A stretch of DNA of 62,881 nucleotides, the filler included, from Licmophora abbreviata (lineage: Eukaryota): NCBI GenBank assembly GCA_900291995.1. It is 11 parts of 11 records of this genome, joined end to end, with 100 filler letters (N's around TTAATTAATTAA, not from the genome) between each part and the next. Parts side by side here need not be neighbours in the genome. Positions count along the whole stretch, not along the records: positions 8,695 to 15,459 come from OLMU01000479.1; positions 15,560 to 20,455 come from OLMU01000481.1; positions 20,556 to 25,120 come from OLMU01000482.1; 8 more parts are not named here. The stretch is one strand, 5' to 3'. Under the pieces are notes generated by a model, which made no database searches, was not told the DNA's origin, and saw only the letters and a list, made by a program, of their open reading frames with translations. Positions 10,709-22,786 of the stretch are shown piece by piece (the first letter of the stretch is position 1; each line of letters begins with the position of its first letter). Both the position numbers and the translations under genes were made by a program.

Positions 10709-13513
10709 TTACCCGTCCCCATATTCTCGCTCGAGACGGTCTTTGGTCAGCACACCAACCATGAGTCTCTTCCATCTCGTCTGTACAGTTTTCTGTCGGT
10801 CCTCTTGTTCTTGTTCCATCGTCTGGTTGAGCACCTCGGCATGTGCCTCTCGGAGTACTTCAACGCTGTGGTCATGAACGACAATGCCTCGAATGGTCGG
10901 TGTGCGATTGCCTCCGTGTCCCTCGAATCCTAAAAGACAAGGTGCGTACGGTCTGGATACGACGAAACTGTGTTAGAACAAGTGTGATCTTCTTGCGCGC
11001 TGAACACAAAAGCCAATTCACACATACATTCCCAGTTTCTTAGCCACCGTAGAGATTCGGGGCTCAGTCAGATGTGTAAGACCCGGATTCAATAGCTCCA
11101 GCTCAACGTTGTTGAAGTCGTTAACTGGTATCGCTTCGTTGGGTCCCACAGGTTGAGGCGACCATGGCACCGTCTGCCATAACGCAAACAGATCTACCAT
11201 ACCGTCCGACTCCTCGACAGGAGCCGATCCGTTCTCGACATCGCGCCTGCGGGCTGTTTCGCTCCCGTCGTTGCCATTGCCGACTCCGTACGTACGGAGA
11301 GCTTGGAACCCCTTAGGAGGCGCACGCTTTCGCGCCTTGACACGTCTGACAGGTTTGAAGAGCTCATCCTCCTTGACTTTTCGTCCTTGGTAAAGCCATT
11401 TGCGGGCGCGCAGTGCTGTGCTCACGTCGCTGCGGCGGTACACAATTTCTCCCTTGAAAATGCCACACATGCGCCTTTTGGCATCAGGAGCGAGAACCTC
11501 GGAGGAGTTCAGACTGGATTGAATTGCATAGACAGGATGATTCTTGAAGGCGGTTTTGCTTGTAGGGATCGCTTCTTGGTCAGCAGTTTCTTGGAGTTCA
11601 GTCTCTTCGTCGATGACATGTGCAGCCTCTTCTGTTGCTAGAGACGGTGTGGCAGGAAGCTTTCCGGAGGATTCGTTGTCAATATCGATAGCGTCAGTCA
11701 TCGACGCTCCTCTTGACCACAGCGTCCTTTGCTCGTACCCGGTCGCCACAGCCACGGCTCTCGCCTTGTACGACGCATTGCACTGCTTGAGTGTGACTGA
11801 CCACCAGTCATCTTCTCTACCGCTATTGATCTTGGGGTCGGCTCCGCGGAGTCTCAGAGTGCGAGACCAACTCGTCGCGTATCGCCGCGTCACCTCCGTC
11901 AGGCGTGCGTGATTCCAAGCGTACCATGTGGTGGTATCGTCATCCGACTTCCTCCAACAATTTATTACCGATTCGTCCGAAAGCAACATTGGCCTGTGCT
12001 CTACGCCTAGTGCAAATCGAATGGGATCTCGTCGTTTGGTGGACAGCGAACCATCTCGATGAAGAGCAGAGAGGGCGCACTCAACGAGATCCGGCTGGTC
12101 AATCGCTTCGCGAGCAGGATCCAAGGGAATCCAACGACACTTGGGAGCAGTTTTGGCTCGGCGTGATCCCTTGCTCGGCATCACAGACAGAATCTCGACC
12201 CATCCGAGCTCCTTGAAGATAGTAGCGTTTGCTGACGAGTCTATACTGCCGAAGGAAGCTTCTGTTCGCGCTTTCTTGTTTCGTGGTGATGGCTCGTCAG
12301 TCGTCTTGATCCCTTGCGGCCGAAGAATACTGAAAATTCCAATTGCGCTGTCCATAAGTAGTGGGTGATTCGTATCGAGATCGACAGTACACGGTTCCAA
12401 AGCTGTGACGTAACGGGCTTTCCAACCTTGAGACCTACGGAGTGGAGAAGCAGTTCGACGGCTAGTTTGAAAAAAGACAACAAACCCAACATGATTCCTC
12501 GTCGCCCACAGCAAGGCACAACCTTCACTCCCACATACCTCGCCATACAGACTAGTAGCATTGCTTTGAAACGATCCGACACGACTATTTCCTGCTCTAC
12601 GAGTAGCGGGTCGTCGTCATTTACCGTCGAGAGATAGGAACACACGTCCATCAATGTGAAATCATCCATTGAGTTCGCGGGATACTTCTTCGAAAGATAC
12701 ATGGCGAGGGGGGTTGGGCGAGGAGTGAATCCAGTTTCCACCCATTATACGTCGAACAAAACATATCTAACATACCTTTGTTGAACTACTCTTCTGTTTG
12801 ATCGCCTTCTTGCGACGCGGACCCGGGGCACCAGCGGCCAAGTGCACCAATCTGGTGTGCCGCCGACGTTCCGAAGTCCGATTCACAAAATCAAAGTACC
12901 ATGCCATGAACTGACGAACCTCGTTCAATGACGGAGGTATCTGGGTCGTAGCTGCAGAGTCACGCAAGAACTGCGGGGGAATGAGACTATGAGCCACATG
13001 AAGAAGTTCGTAGTCCGAACACAAACTGGAGAGGTACACGGCGCGGCTTGTTAGCGCGAGCAAGTGCGCCTGGTGAAGGTTGGACAGAAATGCCTGTAGA
13101 TGATTCGGGAGAGAACGGAACCGATAGACATGCCTCGCTTTCCTTTTACGTTTCCTTTTTGACTCGCCTGGAGCCATCTTCTTGTCTCTGTCGTGTCCAA
13201 GATCAATCGTCACAGGCTTGACCGTGCTGTCGGTTGGAATTTCAGCGTGGTTCGTCGCTGAAATGACGTCGTCTTGACAGGCATCAATCCAATCGACTTC
13301 GTCATCGTCGCTCTCTGATTCTTCGTTGCGACATTCAACAAATACATCAGAGGGACTTGGGGCTCTGGCGACGCTAGAGCTCGCAGCATGGCTTGGCATT
13401 GTCGCGACAGCTGGCAATTTGGAATCCAGATATTCCTGTCTCGAATCTCTTTGTAGCCATTCCTGCTTCTCCTCCTCGTCTTCATCTGAAGATAGATTGA
13501 AGTGAAAGCTCAT
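10709..13513 (-). CDS. XPC: Rad4/XPC nucleotide excision repair damage sensor, multi-exon
   Basis: EVTRRYA, IPTSKTAFKNHPVY, GEIVYRRSDV, IPVNDFNNVE. The last exon reads PYAPCLLGFEG...PTIRGIVV...RWKRL, stop at 10709. Confidence 0.88.
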
Positions 13514-13615
13514 TGTTTCGGCAGGTGTATTTCCAAAATGGATGACTATGAGAAGGCGAACAACCGGCACCTAAGCACTCAGCACATCATCATTGTCAAA
13601 GTTGCGGATGAGAGA

Positions 13616-13632
13616 TGGCGGGAAGTTTTGAA
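13616..13632 (+). promoter_or_regulatory. Putative E2F/CDE + CHR composite element TGGCGGGAAGTTTTGAA
   Basis: GGCGGG, a 4-nt spacer and TTTGAA, lying in the short divergent promoter between XPC and the methyltransferase. Confidence 0.4.
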
Positions 13633-13867
13633 CTTTCCGCCTTTGCATGAATGAAACGTCACAAACACGTCACGAATTGCCGCAGCATCACCTTTAGCCG
13701 GGAGAATATGTCCATGTGATCCATGATATCGTACCATGATGGAACGAACAGGAGGGTACTGTAGATTAACGACGACCATAGATACGTGTAGACGTCTCGA
13801 TCATCAAATCTCGTCCTGATATGTTCTCTATGTGATCAGAGGGGCAGGTTGCGGTGTCGATACCGTC

Positions 13868-15459
13868 ATGACCGAGTCTGTTGGATCCAATGAAAGCACT
13901 CGACACCGAGATCATCATCCGAGCGATATCAGGGATAATGATTGCTCGACCGACATCACTGCAGTCCAAGATCGTCGTCCTCACTGGTCCCACGACAACC
14001 TAGACAATCTAGAATCAATTTTGGAAGACGATGGGATGAGCGTAGACGAACACTGTGCAATACTATCGACAATTGCACGTCATCATCGACGGAGCGCTGT
14101 CGATCTCTTGACACGCGTTCTGACAGAAGCGGACCTTGACGACGAAGACAACGACAAGGAGGTATGGACATTTCTTCCTCGACTCAGGGATTCTACATTA
14201 TCTATGAGCCCGACGCTGCGTGACGAGATAGCCGAAGCTTGCTTGGATTGGGCCATTGCCAGCAAGCGGGCGAGACAAACAGAGTCCTGCGTACTTGCAC
14301 ATCTTTGTCGCATAGCACTGTGCCCTCGCTATGAAGCAACCGATGCGGTACGACTCTTGGGTGTGCCTCCTACATGTTCCAAGACAAAGGACTTTGCAGT
14401 GCAGGAAATACCAATGGGCGGAATCTTTGAACGTGTCACGCAGCTCAAGGACCAGAACGCTTACCACGCATCAGAGGGCGCGCGACAACTCGGCCAAGCA
14501 CTCCACGCCCTGTTTTCGTCGGCGTCGTACTCCTTCCAGGCTTGTTGTCAATATCTTGTACCATTGATGGAAGAGGAGGTACATGCCAACCAACTAATTG
14601 ATGCGAATTGCTTCTTTCGCCACCGGCATGACCTGGCGAAAATCGATGGTCGTTCTCACGGGACGAGTGACGACAAGCCTCTTCTTGTTCAGTCTCTCGA
14701 CGTACTGGTTCGCTTGTTTTTGTTTGGTGTCACAGTGTCGAAACACGTCGCCCACGAGATGCTTGGAGAAGATGCGGTTCAACTTCTTGTACGCTCGGAA
14801 TTGCTTCAGGAGAGCGCTGCCAACAACGAACACTTGGCTGGCGTGGTTCAGATCTTTCCGATTGGCTCTACTGATCTGTTTGCCAAGGGAGATTCGCAGT
14901 GCTTTTTCTTCATGACGGACTGGCCTATGGAGTCGTTGCGGGCTACTCAAAGCTCTGTCATGAGTGTAGGATACGATACGCTTGAACTTATGTCTCTGAC
15001 GGCTGACGGTGTTCCGAGAACCGAACAAACTTCGACACGGCTTTTGGATCTCTGTTGTGGGTGTGGGATTCAAGGCATCTTTGCTTTTACATGTTCGGGT
15101 GGCAATGGATACAAGGAGTTACTCTGCACCGACATAAATCGGAGAGCATGTTGCTTTGCCGCCGCCAACATGGCGCTGAACCAAATTGGAAAGAAAGTCG
15201 GGCGAGTTGTGAAGGGCGACTTGTACGAACACGTTTACGGAGTGTTCGGCCGCATTGTCTGCAATCCGCCCTTCGTGGCGATTCCCTCATACAGCGGGTC
15301 GCCCTTGGCCCCGGCGCTTTATGCTGTGGGTGGAGGCGCGGATGGTACCGAGGTGCTGTCTCAGGTCGTCGCAGGCTCCATGGCCCACCTAGACTCCGAT
15401 GGTTCGCTTCTCATGGTTACCGAAGTCCCCAACATTGAGTCCAGTTGTGAGCTATTGCT
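13868..15459 (+). CDS. Class I SAM-dependent N-methyltransferase (HemK/MTS-like), 3' end lost in gap
   Basis: Motif I LLDLCCGCGIQG, acidic D in TDIN, motif IV NPPF and GGGADG. The ORF runs into the spacer. Confidence 0.8.
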
Positions 15460-15559
15460 NNNNNNNNNNNNNNNNNNNNNNNNNNNNNNNNNNNNNNNNN
15501 NNNTTAATTAATTAANNNNNNNNNNNNNNNNNNNNNNNNNNNNNNNNNNNNNNNNNNNN
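15460..15559. other. Assembly spacer
   Basis: Same 100-nt linker. Confidence 0.97.
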
Positions 15560-15760
15560 GTCGTGTGTTGAAGAGAAGACTTATAGTGTACCAGATTCGA
15601 TATGGATGGTTTTAAATAGAAAATAAAGTTGGGCATTTACTAAGTCACACACCGATCTCCAACGTTCTGAGCAGGCGTGCATCAAATCACTCATCCGCAT
15701 GTCGACCGATCTAGACAAACCTCCAGCCTGTCACGACATGTCCCCATATTAGTTATATGC

Positions 15761-17788
15761 TTAGAGAATCTCAACATTCTCCAGCTCGTTTCCATCAAAG
15801 TCCTTCTCAGGACCTACATCGACCACCGGGTCTGCCGTCGTCTGAGATCCAACAGTATGGTCGCCACTGTCGTGCTCTTTTCGAGTGCTTCGGGATCGAT
15901 GCAAGACAAGTCCTGCAATCACCACAACAACAAAGGCCGCCACGCTGCCAAATGCAATCATGCCTTTGTTCTTACCGTCATCGCCAGTATCGGGAGAGTC
16001 ATTCGCAGGCGCCGTCGAATCGAGCGTTCCAGCTAGCAGCTCACAATGAACACCCTCGAACTCGTCGGGGCAATTGCAGCCAGGATGCCTAAGCGAAGAT
16101 TTAATAAAGGAGTCGTCGTGAGATATGCAGTACGATAGAAGCGGCTGATAAGCATTCAAGACAACAACACACTTACTCTCGATGTTCGGAATGCGCCGTT
16201 CCCTTGCATTTTCCACCGTTCACGCAAAACGCCAGCTTGTTTTTGGCCCCGACGCCAAGCTTTCCATCGTTCGTACAGATGTCTGTTGACTGATGCTGGC
16301 AAAACACTCCAGCAAAGGAACTCAAGCCATTATGAGCGTCATCGCAGTCACATTTGTGCTCGCCATTCTCCATCGTGCAAGTCGAACCATGGAGACAAAC
16401 GTGCTCGTCATTTCCGCACTTTTCAACCTGTATGCCACAGTCGACCCCGGCCAAATTCTCGGGGCAGACGCAGTGCTCAAAGGCAAACGTGTTAGTCTGA
16501 TTGACAAGGTGACTCACGTCTTTTCCGAACTTTTCAAAAAAGCCAGAGCTTTTAACACCCTTGCGACACTGGCCTTGCTTGCAATCCAAACCGCACGTGT
16601 GAAAGCTAGAAGTGAAGTCGTCGTGACGCTCGCACTGATGTCCACGAAATGGATCAACGCACTCACAGTTAGCGTGACTGGAAGCAAATAAACAAGAAGG
16701 TGGTGTGAGACTCAAGATTTTCGCTGGATGTCTGTAGGCAGGCACAAACTCATGTTCACTTACGGTCCCTCCGTAGTGCACGTTCCGCCGTTGAAGCACA
16801 CCGCTTTTCCGTTTACATCCTCCGAGTTGGACTCGCACACCACGGTAGTCTCGTACTGACAGTACTCTCCACCGTAAAATTTGCCTCCACCATTAGCCGG
16901 GTTGCAGTCGCAGCCCTTATTGATCGTTCCATTGCTGTGCTTTGCCTCAATGCACTTGGCACCATGAAAGCAATGATGATTGTTGCACACTTCACTCTCA
17001 ACTTCACAGAGTGGTCCAAAGAATCCTTCAGGACACTCACAGTACATCTGATCAATTTCCTGCTCCCAGAAAAGGTCGTATCCGAGAGCGGCCTGTTCGT
17101 ACGATTTGATTCCCAGCCTGCACTTGCCATGATTTTCGCAGCTCATGTCGCATGACGGAACAGATCCCTTCGTAAACTCACAATGCGGGCCTTCAAAGTC
17201 CTCCCCGCAGCGACAAGGGACACGAGGAGTATCCTGGCTGTAACACGAAAATCAAAAGTAAATTAAGTATAGCGCAAAGCGATACTAGACAACAGACGTG
17301 CTTCGCTCGACTTACTAGTTCTGCTTGCACTCCTTCCCATTGACACAGAAGAACTCTCCAGCTTCGTCGCACTTGGTTATCGTTTCCACAGATCCAGAAT
17401 CGACAGCGATTTCGCAGAACTTTCCGACGTACTTGGTTCCGCTCTCGTCCTTAGCTTTGGTACAGTCGCAGAAGTAATGGTCGTTCGAAAAGAGATCGGG
17501 CTGACCGAGGATGCACTTTCCACCGTTATAGCAGCTGTGATCCGAGTCCTTGCATGATTCGTACTGCCGTGCACATTTCAAACCAGTCTTATCCTCGGGG
17601 CACTCGCAGTGATATCCCTCGGGACTGCTGGTGAACTCGTGAAAGGGTAGGGCTTTGCCGTTGTGTTGCGGGTGTTCATCGAAATTTGCGGTCCCGTTGA
17701 CACAAGGAACGTCATTGAAGCATTCAAGATCACACTCGGCAACAGCATGGCCAACAAGACCAATCAGGAGAAGTAGAAACGACTTCAT
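15761..17788 (-). CDS. EGF-like repeat type I membrane protein B, 4 exons
   Basis: Signal peptide MKSFLLLLIGLVGHAVA. Exons approx. 17788-17316, 17237-16764, 16677-16177 and 16088-15761. Repeated CxNGGxC / CxCxxGxxGxxC motifs, TM segment MIAFGSVAAFVVVVIAGLVL and a short tail. Confidence 0.85.
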
Positions 17789-18125
17789 TTTTGCTAGCCC
17801 AAATGGGTTCGCACCAAGGCAAATGAAATGCGGCCAAACAAGATTATGCCCCCACTTTGAATCGCGCAGTGAGCGGCGTTGCGGGGCTTTACGACCAAGA
17901 CTGAAAGAGGTGAAGCATGAAAAAAGCTTGCGGAGTTTCGGTCGCTTCCCTCAATTTTTCATTGTATATTCTGATCTGCAGAGTTGTATACTATATTTGC
18001 CAGCGGTCGTGCCTTAAATTTTCCTGAGCTCCGACTGATATTTCTTCATGTAGAAGTTCGTAGAATAGAGACGAAAGGCAACAGAAGTACTGTAGTTCAG
18101 GCTAAACAACTCTAGGTCGTCTTGT

Positions 18126-20247
18126 TTACGTAATATCCACAGCGTGCAGCTCTGTGTTTTCCCATGGATCCCTCTCCACGCCAAACTCCATCCTTATAGC
18201 GTGGCCGTCGATGGGTCCATCGGCGGCTGACGGTTCCATACTGCGAGGGCGTGGTATCGCCACATCCTTCCGGCGCTTCCATAACAGCACTGTAGCAACT
18301 GAAACCAAGACGAAGCCGACTGTCGCGAGAGAAATGAAAACAATGGCTACGCCTTCCAAGCCTTTGCTGTCCTTCTGAGTGAGATCTGGCTTCTCGGTTA
18401 TTTCGCAATGGTCGCCGATGAAGCCTGGGGGGCAGGTGCAACCTTTGTGTCTGCGACACACAAGAGAAAAGAGCGCATGGACGTGTAAGATAAATCGAAG
18501 CGATGCCACGTACACTTCAATAATGTTGCGTATCGTAATAAAACTTACAGCTCGTGTGTTGCAGAAACGCCCTTGCACTTTCCTCCATTGACGCAAAAAG
18601 CAAAGTTGTTTCGACCTTTACCTGGCTTGCCATCGACCGTACAAATATCGCTGGAATGGAACTCGCAGTATCGTCCCTCATATCGCTCAAATGGTGTAAA
18701 CGCGTTGGCACAGTCGCAACTATGGTCGTCCCCCTCCCTGAGACACTTGGAACCGTGCAAGCAGATATGTTCGCCTTGTCCGCAAGAGGCCATTTTGATC
18801 TCACATTCCAACCCAGCGTATCCGTCTGGGCAGACGCAGTGCTCAAAGTTCTCATTGTAGGATATGTTGAGCATTTTCATAATGGGGCCTACGTCAAAGC
18901 CATCGAGATGCGAAGTGTCCTTGGCTCCCTTGCGGCACTGACCGTCGTTCTGACAGTTGAGCTCACAGTCGGCATATAATTGTGGTTCGCCTTCCGACTC
19001 GTCATGGTACTCACAAAGCGGACCAGAGTAGCCGTCGGGGCAGACACAATCAAAGTGACTAGAATCGGGAAAAATTCAAGGTAGCAGAAGAGTGAGCTTT
19101 CGACAAAACAGCAATTCAAGCGCTGCGACTGCACGAGTAGACGACTCGTCTTGCTACTTACTCTCCATCCGGATGACATGTTCCACCGTTCACACAGAAG
19201 GCGTGTCCCCTCTTGGTGGGATCGTCTGAGCAAAGTATTGTTGATTCGTATTGACAGTACTTTCCAGCATACGACGATCCTTCACTATGTGCCATGGTGC
19301 AATCACAATGTCGCTTGGTTTCGCCGCCCGATGTGACCGTGGTCACACACGACGATCCGTGATAGCAGTGATGTTCGCCGCATTTAGAACTTTCAATTTC
19401 GCACTTGAGTCCATAATAACCTTCTGGACACGCACAATGTTGATAGCCGTCGTCAGTACCATTGTCCCAGTTGGGCTGGAAGGCTTGCAGCACCTCGGCG
19501 CCGTACGTCTTGATGCCAAGCTCGCAATGTCCGCCATTCTCACATTTCATTGTACAGTCGGGGATTTCGCCCTTGTCGAATTCACAGTGAGGTCCATCAT
19601 GGTAAGGTCCACATCGACATGGGCGATGAGGAGAAGATCGACTGTATAAAAAGTGAGGAGCGGGAATGGAATAAGGAGCCAAATTAGAGCGATGTACGCG
19701 GAGATGCGGTGTGACTTCGCACCCTTATGGTGTTACTTCACCCCGTGGACACTTACAAATCGGATTTGCAGTATCCACCGTTGACACAGAAGGCTTCAAC
19801 GATGGTCGAATCGCCACAAGGCATCGGCTTGGGTATTTCGCAGTACTTGCCGACATACTCCACGCCATTGCTGTCGACGGCAGCCGAGCAGTCGCAAAAG
19901 AGCTGGTGATTGCCATATTCATCCTGTAGTCCCTCGAGACACTTGCCACCGTTGTAACACTTGTGCCGGCCGTCGTTGCAGGAGTAATATTTGCGCCCGC
20001 ATTGTAGACCCGTCAATCCTGGCGGACATTTGCAGTGATAACCATTGGGCGACACAGTTTTCTCATGAATTTCCAAGGGCTTGCCTTGAGGCTGGTTGTG
20101 ATGTGAGAAGTTGGCATGCCCCTTGGTGCACGTCGTGTTTGCGTGGCACTGAAGGTCGCATACCGACTGGGCTTGCACTGCGAGCAACAGCGAAGAGACT
20201 AGAAGCGAGATTAAAGCGAATGAAGCCATCGTAACGATGCTCGTCAT
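18126..20247 (-). CDS. EGF-like repeat type I membrane protein A, 4 exons, tandem paralog
   Basis: Signal peptide. Exons approx. 20247-19757, 19641-19162, 19058-18549 and 18450-18126. About 9 EGF-like units, TM segment VAIVFISLATVGFVLVSVATVLLW and a KRRK stop-transfer. Confidence 0.85.
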
Positions 20248-20455
20248 CTTTTGTGTCTAGACAGGGGTCGAAAGGCCTACGAATGTTGTGATGGTGCTGG
20301 TCGGCAACGAATTCATGAATTCACATTTCAAATCTGCGCGCGAGCCAGCCAAGAAGATGTTGAAACACAACGGATGAGATTCTTCGATCCGACCCCTTCG
20401 ACTCAACGACAACGGAACTCAACGCGATGAGATGTGAGAAGAGAGGCACGTACTT

Positions 20456-20555
20456 NNNNNNNNNNNNNNNNNNNNNNNNNNNNNNNNNNNNNNNNNNNNT
20501 TAATTAATTAANNNNNNNNNNNNNNNNNNNNNNNNNNNNNNNNNNNNNNNNNNNN
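20456..20555. other. Assembly spacer
   Basis: Same 100-nt linker. Confidence 0.97.
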
Positions 20556-20672
20556 CAACGCGATGAGATGTGAGAAGAGAGGCACGACTCTTTTTTTCTT
20601 TTTCGACTTCTCGCGACGCCGTGCCCAGATCTCTTTCACACTTCGTTTCAGTTCCCGCATCTTCGATCGACG

Positions 20673-22301
20673 ATGATGTCCATGGCAGGATCCACCGCTC
20701 CCTCGACGCCGAATCGAGCCAAGCCTGAGGATTCGGCATTGCACATTACGGTACGCTCAGAATTCTCGCGACTCCTGAACTCGTCCCTCCGGCGCGCGTG
20801 ATCGATGACTCTTGCCAACGCATGCAGGACACAGGCGTTGGTGGTCGACTTTCGCTGAAAGAAATGTTTGCAAAGTTCAACTTGACAATCTCATTGACTC
20901 TTTTCTATCCTCATTTCGTCGTAGGTTTCGGATCCAGTCCAGCACTCGGAAGGAATCAACAAGTACACGTCGTATCGCGTCGACGTCCGTCCTCCTGCAG
21001 CTTCCGAAACGAGCAGCAACGCACCACAGGATGTCATTCTCTCCAACACAACCTACTCGGCAGTGCTGCGTCGCTATTCTGACTTTTTGTGGCTCTATGA
21101 ACGCCTTCATATGGAACGGGCGGGTGCCATCATCCCTCCCATTCCTGAAAAACAACCCGTTGGGCGCTTTTCTCCCAAATTTGTGGAAGACCGCCGTGTC
21201 AATCTCGAGCGTTTCTTGAGGAGGGCAGCTGTGCATCCCGAACTGCACGATGCCAAGTGTCTTGATACCTTTCTTCGAGCCGATGATATCACCTTCCAAG
21301 CCTCCAAGAACACAAAGGGTGAAGTTATCTTGGCATCCTCTACGGCCAATCTGCTTCGCGCTCCTCCCAAACAGGAAGGGCTGAAGCGTTGGTTTGCCGA
21401 AGCCAAGACGAGCATTTCGGGTGATCTTGTCAAGTCTCCTGATGATGACTTGTTTGATGAGATCTACCGTTATATTCATGGCCTTGACACGCAGATGAAG
21501 AATGTATCGCAACAAGCGACTGGTTTGGTGCGCAAGGGAAAGGAGATTGCCAACGGGCTGTTCGAATTTGGACTGGCGTTCAATCTGCTTGGACAGAGTG
21601 AAGCTGATGCGCTCGGCGATGCGCTGGCCAAGATGGGAGAAACAGCCGATCGTCTTTCGGTCTTGTCGTCAGAACATGCCGAACGCGAAATGGCCCAGTT
21701 TGAAGAACCTATCCAGGACTACCTCAAGACGATTCACGCAGTCAAGTTGGCTCTTCAGAGACGCCATGAGAAGCGTTTGAGCTATAGTACGTGCTTGGCG
21801 GACGTCGAGTCGAAACAAAGCAGTCTGGCGAAGTTGCGAGCACAGCTGGGACAAGAGGCCAAGGCGTATGCAGCTGAAATGGCGTTGCGACGCTCTCAAG
21901 AAGAGTCGGAAGTGGCGCGTGACGATTTTATGGCGGTGTCGCAGCGTGTGTTGCGAGAAGTGGATCGATTCAAGAGAGAAAAAGCGGAGGATATGAGAAG
22001 AACGGTCCTAGATTATATTACACTCCAAGTCGAGTATAACAAGAAGATGGAGGAGATTTGGGCTACGTTGATTCCGCAGTTGGAGCGTGTCCAGACTGAC
22101 GGTGGCGATGCGAGCATCAGCGACAACAGCAACGCTGCGCCCGTGTCTCCCATGCCGCCACAGCCACAGTACAGCAATCTTAGTCCAGCCATGAGTGCAA
22201 CACCAGGGGCGCCGACGCCTTACATGGCTTCACCACCACCCGGCGATCCGATGATGTCTGTTCAGTATCGAAATACTACGCCCGCTACGGAGGGCATGTA
22301 G
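20673..22301 (+). CDS. SNX1: Sorting nexin 1 / Vps5 (PX-BAR), 2 exons
   Basis: Exon 20673..20750 and intron 20751..20924 give HITVSDPVQ...KYTSYRV...VLRRYSDFLWL...IIPPIPEK (PX domain), followed by a helical BAR domain. Confidence 0.9.
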
Positions 22302-22786
22302 ATAGGAAGCTCGATCGATATAGGATGCTCAATCAAGACTGCGTAGCATTGCCACGCTGCTTTTTGAATATTGTTCTATTCAGTCAGCTATCAAGGTTCT
22401 ACTACCGGAACTGCCGTAGTAGACCCTATCTGCCAAAACGGTTTCAATCGATGCATGGCGAAAGATAGTTGCGCTCCAAGTGGAGGAGACTACACAACTC
22501 ATAACCTTTCTACAAGAACATCACAGACCCGGAAGCCAATGGATACCGTTTACGACGTTTCTACGTGATGTTTGTACCAATTAAACCAACAAACTTCAAC
22601 TTTGAGTCGAACAGTACTGAAGCAACGCATTTCTACGGACTATCAAAGCAACCCGATCCACTCTTTTCTCACTTCAATTTCGTCCTTTGGATCTTCGCCA
22701 TCACATCACTGAGTCGGACTTGTTCTTCGATCGTTGCCATTGTTGCTGCAATCCTCTACCTCTGATACTTTCGAAAGCTCTGGATC

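Noticed and set aside
15761..20247. Calling the EGF proteins true Notch or Delta orthologs
   Set aside because: No LNR, DSL, RAM or intracellular ankyrin domains; only generic EGF-like repeats.
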